Assembly (NCBI GenBank): GCA_947601445.1
Contig: CANQGD010000001.1
Location: forward strand, 33,608 to 97,607
Reading direction: 5' to 3'
DNA length: 64,000 nt
DNA from: an uncultured Clostridia bacterium
GTDB lineage: Bacteria; Bacillota; Clostridia; Christensenellales; CAG-314
In this document: in pieces, positions 49,917 to 58,857 of the stretch
Layout: every line of letters starts with the position of its first letter
Position numbering within the stretch: position 1 is the stretch's first letter
Translations under genes and position numbers: made by a program
The notes under the pieces: model-generated
What the model saw: the letters and a program-made list of their open reading frames with translations, nothing else
Databases searched by the model: none
Told to the model about the DNA's origin: nothing

Positions 49917-50915
49917 TTATTTCTCCCGTGCAGTCTTTTTTGAACTTCTTAAAGGTGACTCGGACGTTTTGAGCCAACCCCATTTTTTCCACAGCTTTTC
50001 GGTTTGTGCAAACAGTAGTGGGTAAACGCCTATTGCAACAAAAGTAACAACAGAGTATCTGGCAGTACGGAAGATGCGCTCGAACCATACATTGGATTCA
50101 TAGTTTGGATAGATTGCGCCCACAACGGCCTTGATTGCCTCGTTCAAGCCCAAAAACAGCGCTCCGCCAGCAACAACTCGCAGTATCAAACGCCACCAAA
50201 TCTTAGTGTTTTGGAATTTTATAACTTTTTTCTCCAAAACTGTGCCGCAAGTGAACCCTACCAAGAGACCGTATGCGGTAAAAAAATCTTCGGTGGTGCA
50301 ATAGAAAAATCCCGCAAAACCAACGGCTAACAATCCAATGTAAATCCATTGTTTATTGTTTATTTTGACAAATAGCAGGTTTACCAAAACAACAGTGACT
50401 GTGCCCAGCAACAAACCGCAGATGACATCGGACGGATAATGTGCGCCGAGATATGTTCGCGAAAGAGCGATCAACAACGGTAATACGACGGCAATGGCGA
50501 TCAGCCATTTGAAACGTTTTTCGCGATATGCGACTGCCGTTCCGAAATACGTGGCGGAGGCGTTGGTTGAGTGTCCCGACGGGAAAGAATATCCGTCAAC
50601 ATCGCGGAAATTTTGTATCAAATGATTTGCGTCAAACGGACGTGTGCGGCAGACAATATTTTTTATCATAGGGTTGACAACTGTTGCCGCAATCATTGTA
50701 AAGCCTATTTGCTCGCCTTTGTGTTTGTCAAATCCCCAGTATACCAGTCCTACGATGGCAACAAGTACTGTTTCCTCACCGAGCATTGATATGAAGTTCA
50801 TCAGATAGTACAAAAAACTTCCTTCGCCCGCAAGACTCTGAAAACGCAGTATAAATTCGTTTTCTCCCGCTAAGTACCAGGTATGACCAATGGTTGCAGA
50901 TAAAAAGTTTAACAT
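49917..50915 (-). CDS. PAP2 superfamily phosphatase (membrane-bound)
   Basis: PAP2 motifs CRTRPF, SFPSGHS, SRTYLGAHYPSD. Start chosen at ATG 50915 (SD AAGGAA); the ORF is open to TTG 50948. Confidence 0.85.
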   Translation of the reverse strand: MLNFLSATIGHTWYLAGENEFILRFQSLAGEGSFLYYLMNFISMLGEETVLVAIVGLVYWGFDKHKGEQIGFTMIAATVVNPMIKNIVCRTRPFDANHLIQNFRDVDGYSFPSGHSTNASATYFGTAVAYREKRFKWLIAIAVVLPLLIALSRTYLGAHYPSDVICGLLLGTVTVVLVNLLFVKINNKQWIYIGLLAVGFAGFFYCTTEDFFTAYGLLVGFTCGTVLEKKVIKFQNTKIWWRLILRVVAGGALFLGLNEAIKAVVGAIYPNYESNVWFERIFRTARYSVVTFVAIGVYPLLFAQTEKLWKKWGWLKTSESPLRSSKKTAREK

Positions 50916-51049
50916 TTTTATTTCCTTAATAAATTGGTTCGCTCGCAAGCGATAGATCGGATTTTTCGGTCGATTCTATCGAGTTGGCGGTAATTCTATT
51001 TTATCACATTATTGCCCGCATTGCAATGGACCGTTAAAGTATACAACGT

Positions 51050-51076
51050 AAAAAAACAGCCTCACAAAGTGAGGCT
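51050..51076 (-). terminator. Intrinsic terminator after rpmB
   Basis: On the minus strand, AGCCTCAC-TTT-GTGAGGCT followed by GTTTTTTT. Confidence 0.7.
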
Positions 51077-51089
51077 CTGCAAAATCGAA

Positions 51090-51278
51090 TTAGTGTTGCT
51101 CTTTGTTTGCTGTTCTGATGCAGCGGGTGCAAACGTATTCGGTGGACTCTTTTCCGTCGATTTCCACTTTTACTTTTTGCAAATTGGCACTGTAAGTTTT
51201 GGGCGTCCTTCTGTTGGAGTGGGAAACCTTGTTACCGGACATTTTGCCTTTACCGCAAATAGCGCATACCTTAGACAT
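51090..51278 (-). CDS. rpmB: 50S ribosomal protein L28
   Basis: MSKVCAICGKGKMSGNKVSHSNRRT... is a typical L28. SD GGAGGTG. Confidence 0.95.
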   Translation of the reverse strand: MSKVCAICGKGKMSGNKVSHSNRRTPKTYSANLQKVKVEIDGKESTEYVCTRCIRTANKEQH

Positions 51279-51505
51279 ATCTACACCTCCGTGGGTTTAT
51301 GCTTGTGTTTAATTCACGCTTTAATATGATAGCATTTTTACGTCGGTTTGGCAAGCAAAAAAGCCACTTTTTTTCAATTTGATGTGTACAAATAATGGAA
51401 ATACGTATTTCAAGTAGCAAATGTGACAAAATTAGTCACTAAACACTTGTGAAATCATGCTTTTTGTAGTAAAATAATATTACCTATATATTGGAGGAAT
51501 GTCGA

Positions 51506-51856
51506 ATGGCATTACGCACAAGAAATTCGTACGGTATTATTACCGTATCCGACGACGTCATAGCTTCACTTGCCGGGCACCTTGCAACAGAGTGCTACGG
51601 TGTGGTGGAAATTGTGCCTTTTGGTTTCTCCGATTCCTTTACCGACTTGTTCAAACGCAATGGAAAAAGTCGCGGAGTTAGAGTGTCAACAAGAGGTGAC
51701 AGAATTTTCGTTGACCTTTATGTGAAAATTAAATACGGGCTGCCCGTCTCCGCCGTTTCATCAAGTTTGAAAAATACCGTTAAGTACGGTTTGGAACGTT
51801 TTACGGGAATGATTGTTGATTCAATAGACGTGCATGTAGTAGGCGTCAAACTGTAA
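51506..51856 (+). CDS. Asp23/Gls24 family envelope stress protein (YloU-like)
   Basis: GIITVSDDVIASLAGHLATECYGVV N-terminus. In the conserved position divergent from rpmB and upstream of yloV. SD GGAGGA. Confidence 0.85.
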   Translation: MALRTRNSYGIITVSDDVIASLAGHLATECYGVVEIVPFGFSDSFTDLFKRNGKSRGVRVSTRGDRIFVDLYVKIKYGLPVSAVSSSLKNTVKYGLERFTGMIVDSIDVHVVGVKL

Positions 51857-51895
51857 AACAAACTATTTTACGAAATCGCGAGGATAATATTTAAT

Positions 51896-53578
51896 ATGGC
51901 AGCAGCTCATACGATAAAAACTCACATAACTCCATCCGTAATGAAGCGTATGTTTATCGCAGGAGGAAAAATGTTGGAGGTCAACAAGGCTCAGGTTGAT
52001 GCGCTGAACGTTTTCCCCGTTCCGGATGGCGACACGGGAACAAACATGTCACTTACCATGATGTCCGCCGTAAAAGAAATAAATCAGATAAACAGTACAT
52101 CTATGTCCGAACTTGCCGAAAAACTCTCCAAGGGAGCGCTTCGCGGAGCGCGAGGAAATTCGGGCGTGATATTGTCTCAAATTTTGAAAGGTTTCAGCAA
52201 CATAATTGCGCAAAATGACGAGTGCGACGCTCGAACTTTTGCAAAAGGACTGAGAGAAGGAGCGGAGCTTGCTTACCGTGCCGTTTCCAAACCGAAAGAA
52301 GGCACGATTCTGACGGTTGTCAGAGCTATGGCGGAAGAGGCGATAGATACCGCCAAGCGTAACAACGATATATCCAAATTGATGAACGCCGTTCTCGAAA
52401 AGGGCGAAGAAACATTGGCAAAAACACCGGATATGTTGGACGTTTTAAAACGTGCCGGCGTGGTGGACAGCGGCGGATACGGACTCATTACATTGTTTAA
52501 GGGACTGATAATGGGTTACCTCGATCAAGAAATAACAGGCGCCGAGGAATATGCCGCTCCGGAAAGCAACAACAAACCCGTCAGTATCGATTCCGCTTTT
52601 CCCGATGACAGCGAATTGGTGGTGGATTATGAGTCCTTGGGAGAATTGGACTTTGGATATTGCACCGAATTTTTTATTACCAATATTAAAAAACGCACTA
52701 CAATAACGGATATTGATAAGCTGAGAGACTATCTTAACGAGATAGGAAATTCTGTGATTTGTATAGGTGATCTCAATCTTATCAAGGTACACGTACATAC
52801 CAACAACCCGGGAAAAGCGCTTACGAAAGCGTTGACATTGGGCGAATTGGACAAAGTAAAGATAGAAAATATGATGGAGCAAAACAGACAGTTGCGCGCT
52901 CGTTATGAGGCGGAACGTAAGCAAATCGGTTTGCTTGCCGTTTGCTCCGGTGACGGTTTTACGGCGATATTCAAAGATTTGCTTGTCGATCAGGTAATAG
53001 AAGGCGGTCAAACAATGAATCCGTCTGCCGAGGATATAGCCTCCGCCGCACGCAAAATCAATGCGGAAAATATTATCATTCTCCCCAACAATAAAAACAT
53101 TATTTTATCGGCGGAACAATCGAGAACATTGGTGCAAAATCGAAACATCTTTGTGTTGCAGACCAAAGATATTCCGCAGGGACTTGCGGCTGTACTCAAT
53201 TTCAGCCCGGACGTGAGTCTTTCGGAAAATTTGGAAAATATGAACTCGGCATTTTCCGGTATAGACGCAGGACAAGTTACTTATGCCGTCCGCGATACCG
53301 TAATTGACAAATTCAAGATAAAGAAAGGCGATTTCATCGGTCTTGACAAAGGCAATATTGTTACCAGCGGCAAAGATGTGGAGAGCGTTACAACCAAACT
53401 GATAGAGGGTATGTTGACGGAAGAAAAAGAAGTGGTGACTTTGTATTACGGGCAGGATGTGACGGAAGAACAAGCCGAGGCTTTTTGCGAGAAATTGCAA
53501 AACCAACATCCCGATATAGAATTTATTCTCCATTACGGCGGTCAACCTTTGTACTACTACGTGTTAAGCGTAGAATAA
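51896..53578 (+). CDS. DAK2 domain fusion protein YloV (FakA-type)
   Basis: DALNVFPVPDGDTGTNM and RGARGNSGVILSQ motifs of the Dak2 domain, plus a C-terminal DegV-associated-like domain. Confidence 0.9.
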   Translation: MAAAHTIKTHITPSVMKRMFIAGGKMLEVNKAQVDALNVFPVPDGDTGTNMSLTMMSAVKEINQINSTSMSELAEKLSKGALRGARGNSGVILSQILKGFSNIIAQNDECDARTFAKGLREGAELAYRAVSKPKEGTILTVVRAMAEEAIDTAKRNNDISKLMNAVLEKGEETLAKTPDMLDVLKRAGVVDSGGYGLITLFKGLIMGYLDQEITGAEEYAAPESNNKPVSIDSAFPDDSELVVDYESLGELDFGYCTEFFITNIKKRTTITDIDKLRDYLNEIGNSVICIGDLNLIKVHVHTNNPGKALTKALTLGELDKVKIENMMEQNRQLRARYEAERKQIGLLAVCSGDGFTAIFKDLLVDQVIEGGQTMNPSAEDIASAARKINAENIIILPNNKNIILSAEQSRTLVQNRNIFVLQTKDIPQGLAAVLNFSPDVSLSENLENMNSAFSGIDAGQVTYAVRDTVIDKFKIKKGDFIGLDKGNIVTSGKDVESVTTKLIEGMLTEEKEVVTLYYGQDVTEEQAEAFCEKLQNQHPDIEFILHYGGQPLYYYVLSVE

Positions 53579-53594
53579 CGATATTTGTATTTTC

Positions 53595-53627
53595 AAAAAA
53601 GCTCAACATTCAATTGAGCTTTTTTTG
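53595..53627 (+). terminator. Intrinsic terminator after yloV
   Basis: AAAAAAGCTCAA / TTGAGCTTTTTT hairpin with a T-run. Confidence 0.75.
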
Positions 53628-53757
53628 TTGGCATATTTTACAAAAATAGGGGAAATTATTTTTTATAAAGTTAATTTTTTGTAATAATTACTTTGAATTA
53701 TTTCTGTTTTTTTGCAAAAACAGAATACTATGTGCGTCATAGTATATAAAATTATGC

Positions 53758-54150
53758 TTATTTGGAATGTTTTGGCGATTTGCTTTTAGTCTCTGTCAGC
53801 AGGTAACTTTCATCTAACAGTTGATACAGCAGTTCTTTTTCAACTGTACCGTCCAACAAAACGCCGATCCAATGTGTTTTGTTAAGGTGGTAGCAAGGAA
53901 GAAAACCCGGTTGTTGCAGTAGTATTTCTCTGCCAAACGGATCGCATTTTATGTCCAATATATCTATTATGCCTTCGCCGTTCAGCCCCAATTTTTTTCG
54001 CGAAACATCCATTATAATGCCGTACCATTTTCTGTTATCCGTTCGATGCAGCACTGCGTAGTTTGGATCGCTTGCCCACAGATACTCGGGCTGCGTTCCG
54101 TATTGGTCAGCCACGTATTCAAATATATCAAATCTTGTTGCGCCTTTCAT
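53758..54150 (-). CDS. MmcQ/YjbR family DNA-binding protein
   Basis: FEYVADQYGTQPEYLW...AVLHRTDNRKWYGIIMDV matches the YjbR family. Start at ATG 54150 with SD GGGAG; the ORF is open to 54195. Confidence 0.8.
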   Translation of the reverse strand: MKGATRFDIFEYVADQYGTQPEYLWASDPNYAVLHRTDNRKWYGIIMDVSRKKLGLNGEGIIDILDIKCDPFGREILLQQPGFLPCYHLNKTHWIGVLLDGTVEKELLYQLLDESYLLTETKSKSPKHSK

Positions 54151-54544
54151 TTTTTCTCCCGATAAAATTGTACTACAATTATTTATCAAAAGCAATTCAA
54201 TTTATTGTTAAGTTTTTAATTGTTGCGATTTTTGTCAGGCAATTTTTTTTCATTCGGTAAAGCCGGTTTAGATATTGCAAATAAATTTAAAAATTGATTT
54301 TTACAAAACTATCGCAGGGTCAATCGCATAATATCAAATATTGCGATGGCGGTGTAATTTTCTTACATTTTGTTTATGCTTTTCCTACCGCTGTGCCGTA
54401 GCATGCGAACTCTTAAAGGTGCATACGGGCAGTTATTTTTACACTCGAAAATATTGAATAGAATTTTAATTTTCATTAAGCAAATTTGGCATTGTAAATC
54501 GAGTTTTGCGAAGGAGTAAATTTCACTTAAAATAAATCGCCGAT

Positions 54545-55042
54545 TTACGAATTTAATTTAATCAGCGTGGTTACTATTGTGATTACAATAATAGCCAGCA
54601 ACACGATTCTCGCAATTATGTATGGCAAAATTACTTTGCGTGCAGACAATCTTTTATCGCGCGGTTTGGCAAGCAATGCAAATACAAAGTATCCGACAAC
54701 TCCCGCGACGGTTCCGATCACAAAATATGTGTTATTTAAAAAGAATGTCAACAAAGTAAACAGTACGGTAATTGCCAAAAATACAATTGCTACAAAGTAC
54801 AGACTTTTGGCGCGTTTATTCTCCAAATGATGTTGAGTCTTTATATCTTCGTCCGATACAAGTTCATCTATGCTGACGTGGAATAAATCCGCGATTAATT
54901 TCAGACTATCGATACCCGGCAAGCCTTTGTCTGTTTCCCATTTGGAAACGGCGGTGCGCGTAACAAACAATTTTTCCGCAAGCGTTTCTTGCGTCATGTT
55001 GTTGTCTTTACGTAAATTTTTGATTTTCTCTCCGAATTTCAT
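54545..55042 (-). CDS. XRE-family HTH regulator with three C-terminal TM helices
   Basis: KIKNLRKDNNMTQETLAEKLFVTRTAVSKWETDKGLPGIDSLKLIADLFHVSIDEL (HTH_3) followed by hydrophobic segments. TGcTATAAT promoter and AAGGAG SD upstream. Confidence 0.85.
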   Translation of the reverse strand: MKFGEKIKNLRKDNNMTQETLAEKLFVTRTAVSKWETDKGLPGIDSLKLIADLFHVSIDELVSDEDIKTQHHLENKRAKSLYFVAIVFLAITVLFTLLTFFLNNTYFVIGTVAGVVGYFVFALLAKPRDKRLSARKVILPYIIARIVLLAIIVITIVTTLIKLNS

Positions 55043-55425
55043 ATTTTTCTCCTTTTTTTGAAAATATTATAGCATTGCCCGTTGCAAAAGTCACGACACT
55101 ATCCGTCACACTGCAATTTCGGACTGTTAGCCATGGTGTGTTTTTTAGTTTCATCAACAAAATATCGCCCTGTTTCCCATAAAATTTTCGAGCAATCCGT
55201 CAAATTTTACACGTACAGTGAAATGTCAATCAGTTGAAGTAAAAATGCCTTAGTTACGGCTTTTATACTTTTACTAAGCCTATCGGTGGATATGAATTTT
55301 GTCCCGTTTGTTTTTGGAAAGGACTCATTTCAATCGAAAAACTCAAATTCGGAAGGTTGGACAAGCGGAGTTTCTTTGAATCGTGCAAGAAAAAATCACA
55401 AAAAATTCGGTGCGTTCGTTTGAAC

Positions 55426-55454
55426 TTGATTGGATTATGATTTTATGCTATAAT
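55426..55454 (+). promoter_or_regulatory. Extended -10 promoter abutting the start codon of the 55463 gene
   Basis: TTGATT-17 nt-TGcTATAAT. The ATG begins 9 nt after the hexamer. Confidence 0.6.
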
Positions 55455-55462
55455 AATTTATA

Positions 55463-56233
55463 ATGATAAAAACATCAAAAAAGAGAGATATTTGGATTTG
55501 GAGCATATTTGTATTTTGTGGATTGCTTCTTTTCGCAAACGGCATATTCGGCGTCGTTCGTATCGCGGACTTTGACAGCGGGTTTTGGGCGTACGTATTT
55601 TTATCGGCTTGCGCCGTTTTCTCTTGCTATTTTGCCGATACAAAAAAATCGGGATACTTGATTTATTCCGTAGCCGCTGTTTTGCAATCGCTGCTGATTA
55701 CCGATTTTTATTTTGAAAACGTCATTATACGATCGAGCATTTGCGCACTTTCGATTGGATTATCGATATTTTTGTTTATAAAATACAGAAACGCGAAGGC
55801 GACAAAAATCGTTGAAAGAAAACGGCTGACAGAGCCTGTTTTTTCGCAGATCAACAAATTCAACCTTTTTGCAATTATGATATGTACCGTTGGGCTTTTG
55901 GCGTTGCTGTTTGGCATTTCCGAAAATGCGGTATTCAGAATCGCGGTCGTATTTGGCATTTGTTTTATTTCTTTAACGTTTATTTATATAAAACAATGTT
56001 ACAAAAGAACCGCTTTCGGTCGAAACCCGAATATAAGGGAGTATATATTTGTGGCATTTTGGTTGATTGCTACGCTTGTCAATGCGATAATTTTACGAGA
56101 TACTCGGCAAAATTTGGGATATGCAGCGCTTATAATCATCGTCATTATGACAGATTATTTTATATTTGACAGACCGCTTATTATAGAGAAATTGATTAGT
56201 CTTTCGGCACAATGCATAGAGGAAGTTTCTTAA
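55463..56233 (+). CDS. Hypothetical polytopic membrane protein (about 7-8 TM)
   Basis: 256 aa, hydrophobic throughout, with no recognisable family motif. AT-rich by eye. Confidence 0.6.
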   Translation: MIKTSKKRDIWIWSIFVFCGLLLFANGIFGVVRIADFDSGFWAYVFLSACAVFSCYFADTKKSGYLIYSVAAVLQSLLITDFYFENVIIRSSICALSIGLSIFLFIKYRNAKATKIVERKRLTEPVFSQINKFNLFAIMICTVGLLALLFGISENAVFRIAVVFGICFISLTFIYIKQCYKRTAFGRNPNIREYIFVAFWLIATLVNAIILRDTRQNLGYAALIIIVIMTDYFIFDRPLIIEKLISLSAQCIEEVS

Positions 56234-56473
56234 TTTGCAAATCGTATGGCAAAATATAAAATCTCTCGGATGAATTCTCCGAAAGTCTTTCCAATCGTTT
56301 GAAGGCACAATTTTGAAATTTTGTTTTTTCTTTATGAAAAGCGCGCCTTATCTTTTTTCGTTTTAGTCAAGCACTCGCCCAAAGTCGTCACTTGGTTTTT
56401 TGCGCTCGTTCAAGCTTGATTTATCCTGTGCTTATGGTATAATTAGGTAAGAAGTATTTAGCGGAGTAATAAG

Positions 56474-57148
56474 ATGAAAAAAATCTTGGCAATTTTTTTA
56501 ATAGTCGCGTCAATGACATTATTTACTGCTTGCGGTGTAATAAAACACTTTGATGATTGGTGTAAAATCACCAACGATGGATTTGAATATTATTATAATG
56601 AATACTCAGATAAGGGCGCGTATATTCTTAAAATACCCGATGTCGAAGAACTTGTCATTCCCGAGTATATTGATGGGAAAAAGGTCGTGGAATTGGGACA
56701 CATGGATATGGGGATAGGATATAAAAATGATTACATAATTACAGGAACGAATACAAAAACATTAACCGTTCAGCACGAATTTGATATTCGCAATAATTAT
56801 GGAATTGAGTTTTATGCAAATTTTCCCAACTTGACGGACCTCATCTTTGTAGACTTCTTATATTGCAACCTGTCGTGTACGGAAAACGATTTGACTGTTC
56901 CGTATTATATTGGAAATCCCAACTACGCTATACCAAACGTAGAGTTAAGAAAATCCGAGCGCGAATACAGTTTGGATAATTTTATTCCAAAGGTTATCGT
57001 CATACCCGAATATGTAAAAGTGATTGAAACGGACGTTTTTGCAGGCTTGAATGGGGTTACTATAAAAACATCATACGAAACTGCGCCCGAAGGTTGGCAA
57101 GACGGTTGGAACGGCAACTGTATCGTTGAATGGGGCGTTGAAATATAA
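56474..57148 (+). CDS. Lipoprotein with BspA-type leucine-rich-repeat-like segments
   Basis: Signal peptide with lipobox (ASMTLFTAC). Repeated motifs IPEYIDGKKVVELG and IPEYVKVIETDVFAG are typical of LRR_5-like repeats. SD GGAG. Confidence 0.65.
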   Translation: MKKILAIFLIVASMTLFTACGVIKHFDDWCKITNDGFEYYYNEYSDKGAYILKIPDVEELVIPEYIDGKKVVELGHMDMGIGYKNDYIITGTNTKTLTVQHEFDIRNNYGIEFYANFPNLTDLIFVDFLYCNLSCTENDLTVPYYIGNPNYAIPNVELRKSEREYSLDNFIPKVIVIPEYVKVIETDVFAGLNGVTIKTSYETAPEGWQDGWNGNCIVEWGVEI

Positions 57149-57166
57149 AAAATGCGGAAAACAAAG

Positions 57167-57197
57167 AAAGCAAGGGCGGTTTATCCTTGCTTTTTGT
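57167..57197 (+). terminator. Intrinsic terminator after the lipoprotein gene
   Basis: AAAGCAAGG / CCTTGCTTT stem followed by TTTGT. Confidence 0.65.
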
Positions 57198-57200
57198 ATA

Positions 57201-57227
57201 AAAAAACCGACCCAACTAGGTCGGTGG
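57201..57227 (-). terminator. Intrinsic terminator after tRNA-Leu
   Basis: On the minus strand, CCGACC-loop-GGTCGG followed by TTTTTT, immediately after the tRNA 3' CCA. Confidence 0.7.
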
Positions 57228-57314
57228 TGGTGCCCGCAATCGGACTCGAACCGATATGGTATCGCTACCGAGGGATTTTAAGTCCCTTGCGTCTGCCTAT
57301 TTCGCCATGCGGGC
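57228..57314 (-). tRNA. tRNA-Leu (anticodon UAA), CCA encoded
   Basis: Folded by hand: 7-bp acceptor GCCCGCA/TGCGGGC, anticodon stem AGGGA/TCCCT with loop CTTAAAA, long variable arm (GGTA/TACC), and T-loop TTCGAGT. Confidence 0.9.
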
Positions 57315-57328
57315 AAAGTGAAAAGCGT

Positions 57329-57356
57329 AACTGCGAAGCCGATAGGCTTCGCAGTT
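57329..57356. other. Perfect 12-bp hairpin in the tRNA-Cys / tRNA-Leu spacer
   Basis: AACTGCGAAGCC-GATA-GGCTTCGCAGTT. On the minus-strand transcript it is followed by ACGCTTTTCACTTT. Confidence 0.8.
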
Positions 57357-57361
57357 GTGTT

Positions 57362-57435
57362 TGGAGGCACCACCCAGACTCGGACTGGGGGTGGAGCTTT
57401 TGCAGAGCTCTGCCTTACCACTTGGCTATGGTGCC
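57362..57435 (-). tRNA. tRNA-Cys (anticodon GCA), CCA encoded
   Basis: Folded by hand: acceptor GGCACCA/TGGTGCC, anticodon stem GAGCT/AGCTC with loop CTGCAAA, and T-stem CCCAG/CTGGG with the atypical T-loop TCCGAGT. Confidence 0.85.
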
Positions 57436-57514
57436 GTCAACCTTTATTATTTTATCAAACAAATAAAAAAAAATCAACCCTTTCAACGTAATTTATCTGA
57501 TATTATTGCATCAA

Positions 57515-57543
57515 TTGATTTGTTCGGTGCTATGTGGTATACT
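57515..57543 (+). promoter_or_regulatory. Extended -10 promoter of the alcohol dehydrogenase gene
   Basis: TTGATT-17 nt-TGgTATACT, 28 nt upstream of the ATG. Confidence 0.55.
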
Positions 57544-57571
57544 AAATATATTCCGATCGATGGAGTAGGCT

Positions 57572-58774
57572 ATGAATTTCTTCAAAAAAGCATATTGCCG
57601 TACGTTTCAATTTTTTTGCAGGTTATCTATTCCCCTGTTACCGTATCGTACTCCCGTATTGTTGGGCAATTACACTCAACTTGTCGGCACCGTCGTCAAT
57701 GCGGGCAAACGTCGTGCGATGATCGTTACGGATGAAGGTTTATACAAACTCGGCATATGTTCTCGGTTGGAGTCGGCGCTGTGTGAGGGCGGCGTGCAAT
57801 ACGTTGTGTACAACGGTACCGTGGCAAACCCAACAACCGACAATGTAGCCGAGGCGGTACAAATGTATCGGAATGGTGATTGCGATTGTATTATAGCGAT
57901 GGGAGGAGGCTCGTCTATCGATTGTGCCAAAGCAGCAGGGGCGCAAATCGTTCGGTCTGATAAAACTTTATCACAAATGAAAGGACTGTTGAAAGTCCGA
58001 AAAAAATTGCCGCTGTTCATAGCAATACCGACTACGGCAGGTACGGGAAGTGAAGTAACCGTTGCTGCCGTCATTACGGACAGCAAAACTCGGCATAAAT
58101 ACGCAATAAACGATTTTTCGCTTATACCGGATTTTGCGCTGCTGGATAGCGATTTAACATTGGATTTACCGCAAACGGTAACTGCGGCGACGGGTATGGA
58201 CGCCTTGACGCATGCCATAGAAGCATTTATCGGCAATAGTACCACGCGGGAAACTCGCAAAAATGCGCTTTGGGCGACCAAATTGATATTTGACAATATT
58301 TTGACCGTTTATCAAAACGGTCACGATGACGTTGCGCGCGGCGAGATGCTTTATGCCTCATATTTGGCGGGTTTGGCGTTTACCAAAAGTTATGTGGGAT
58401 ACATACACGCTATTGCGCATGCGCTTGGGGGAAAATACAATTTGTCTCACGGATATGCCAATGCGGTGATACTTCCGCATGTACTGAAAAGGTACGGTAA
58501 ATCCGTATACAAAAAATTGTGGAAAATGGGTCGTTACGTAGGGCTTTTTGATAAATCTCTTTCCAAAAGTGACGGGGCAAAACTGTTTATAGAAAGGATA
58601 GAGCAATTAAACGCAGCGATGAATATCGGAACAACAATCGATTGTATAACGCCGACAGATGTAAAAATGTTGGCAAAAACCGCCGAACGGGAGGGCAACC
58701 CGCTTTATCCCGTGCCCAAATTATTTACGGAAAGCGAATTGGAAGATATTATAAAAGAAGTAGGCGGATTTTGA
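57572..58774 (+). CDS. Iron-containing (group III) alcohol dehydrogenase
   Basis: GGGSSIDCAKA, PTTAGTGSEVT, and the metal-site region HAIAHALGGKYNLSHG. Confidence 0.9.
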   Translation: MNFFKKAYCRTFQFFCRLSIPLLPYRTPVLLGNYTQLVGTVVNAGKRRAMIVTDEGLYKLGICSRLESALCEGGVQYVVYNGTVANPTTDNVAEAVQMYRNGDCDCIIAMGGGSSIDCAKAAGAQIVRSDKTLSQMKGLLKVRKKLPLFIAIPTTAGTGSEVTVAAVITDSKTRHKYAINDFSLIPDFALLDSDLTLDLPQTVTAATGMDALTHAIEAFIGNSTTRETRKNALWATKLIFDNILTVYQNGHDDVARGEMLYASYLAGLAFTKSYVGYIHAIAHALGGKYNLSHGYANAVILPHVLKRYGKSVYKKLWKMGRYVGLFDKSLSKSDGAKLFIERIEQLNAAMNIGTTIDCITPTDVKMLAKTAEREGNPLYPVPKLFTESELEDIIKEVGGF

Positions 58775-58822
58775 TCGGAAAATAACGTTTAGGTTCAAAA
58801 TGATTCTAATTACAGTAAAAAT

Positions 58823-58856
58823 TATCCCGCAGCCATTTGACTGCGGGATATTTGTA
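58823..58856. terminator. Bidirectional terminator between the adh and MATE genes
   Basis: TATCCCGCAG / CTGCGGGATA stem followed by TTTGT. Confidence 0.65.
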
Positions 58857-58857
58857 A

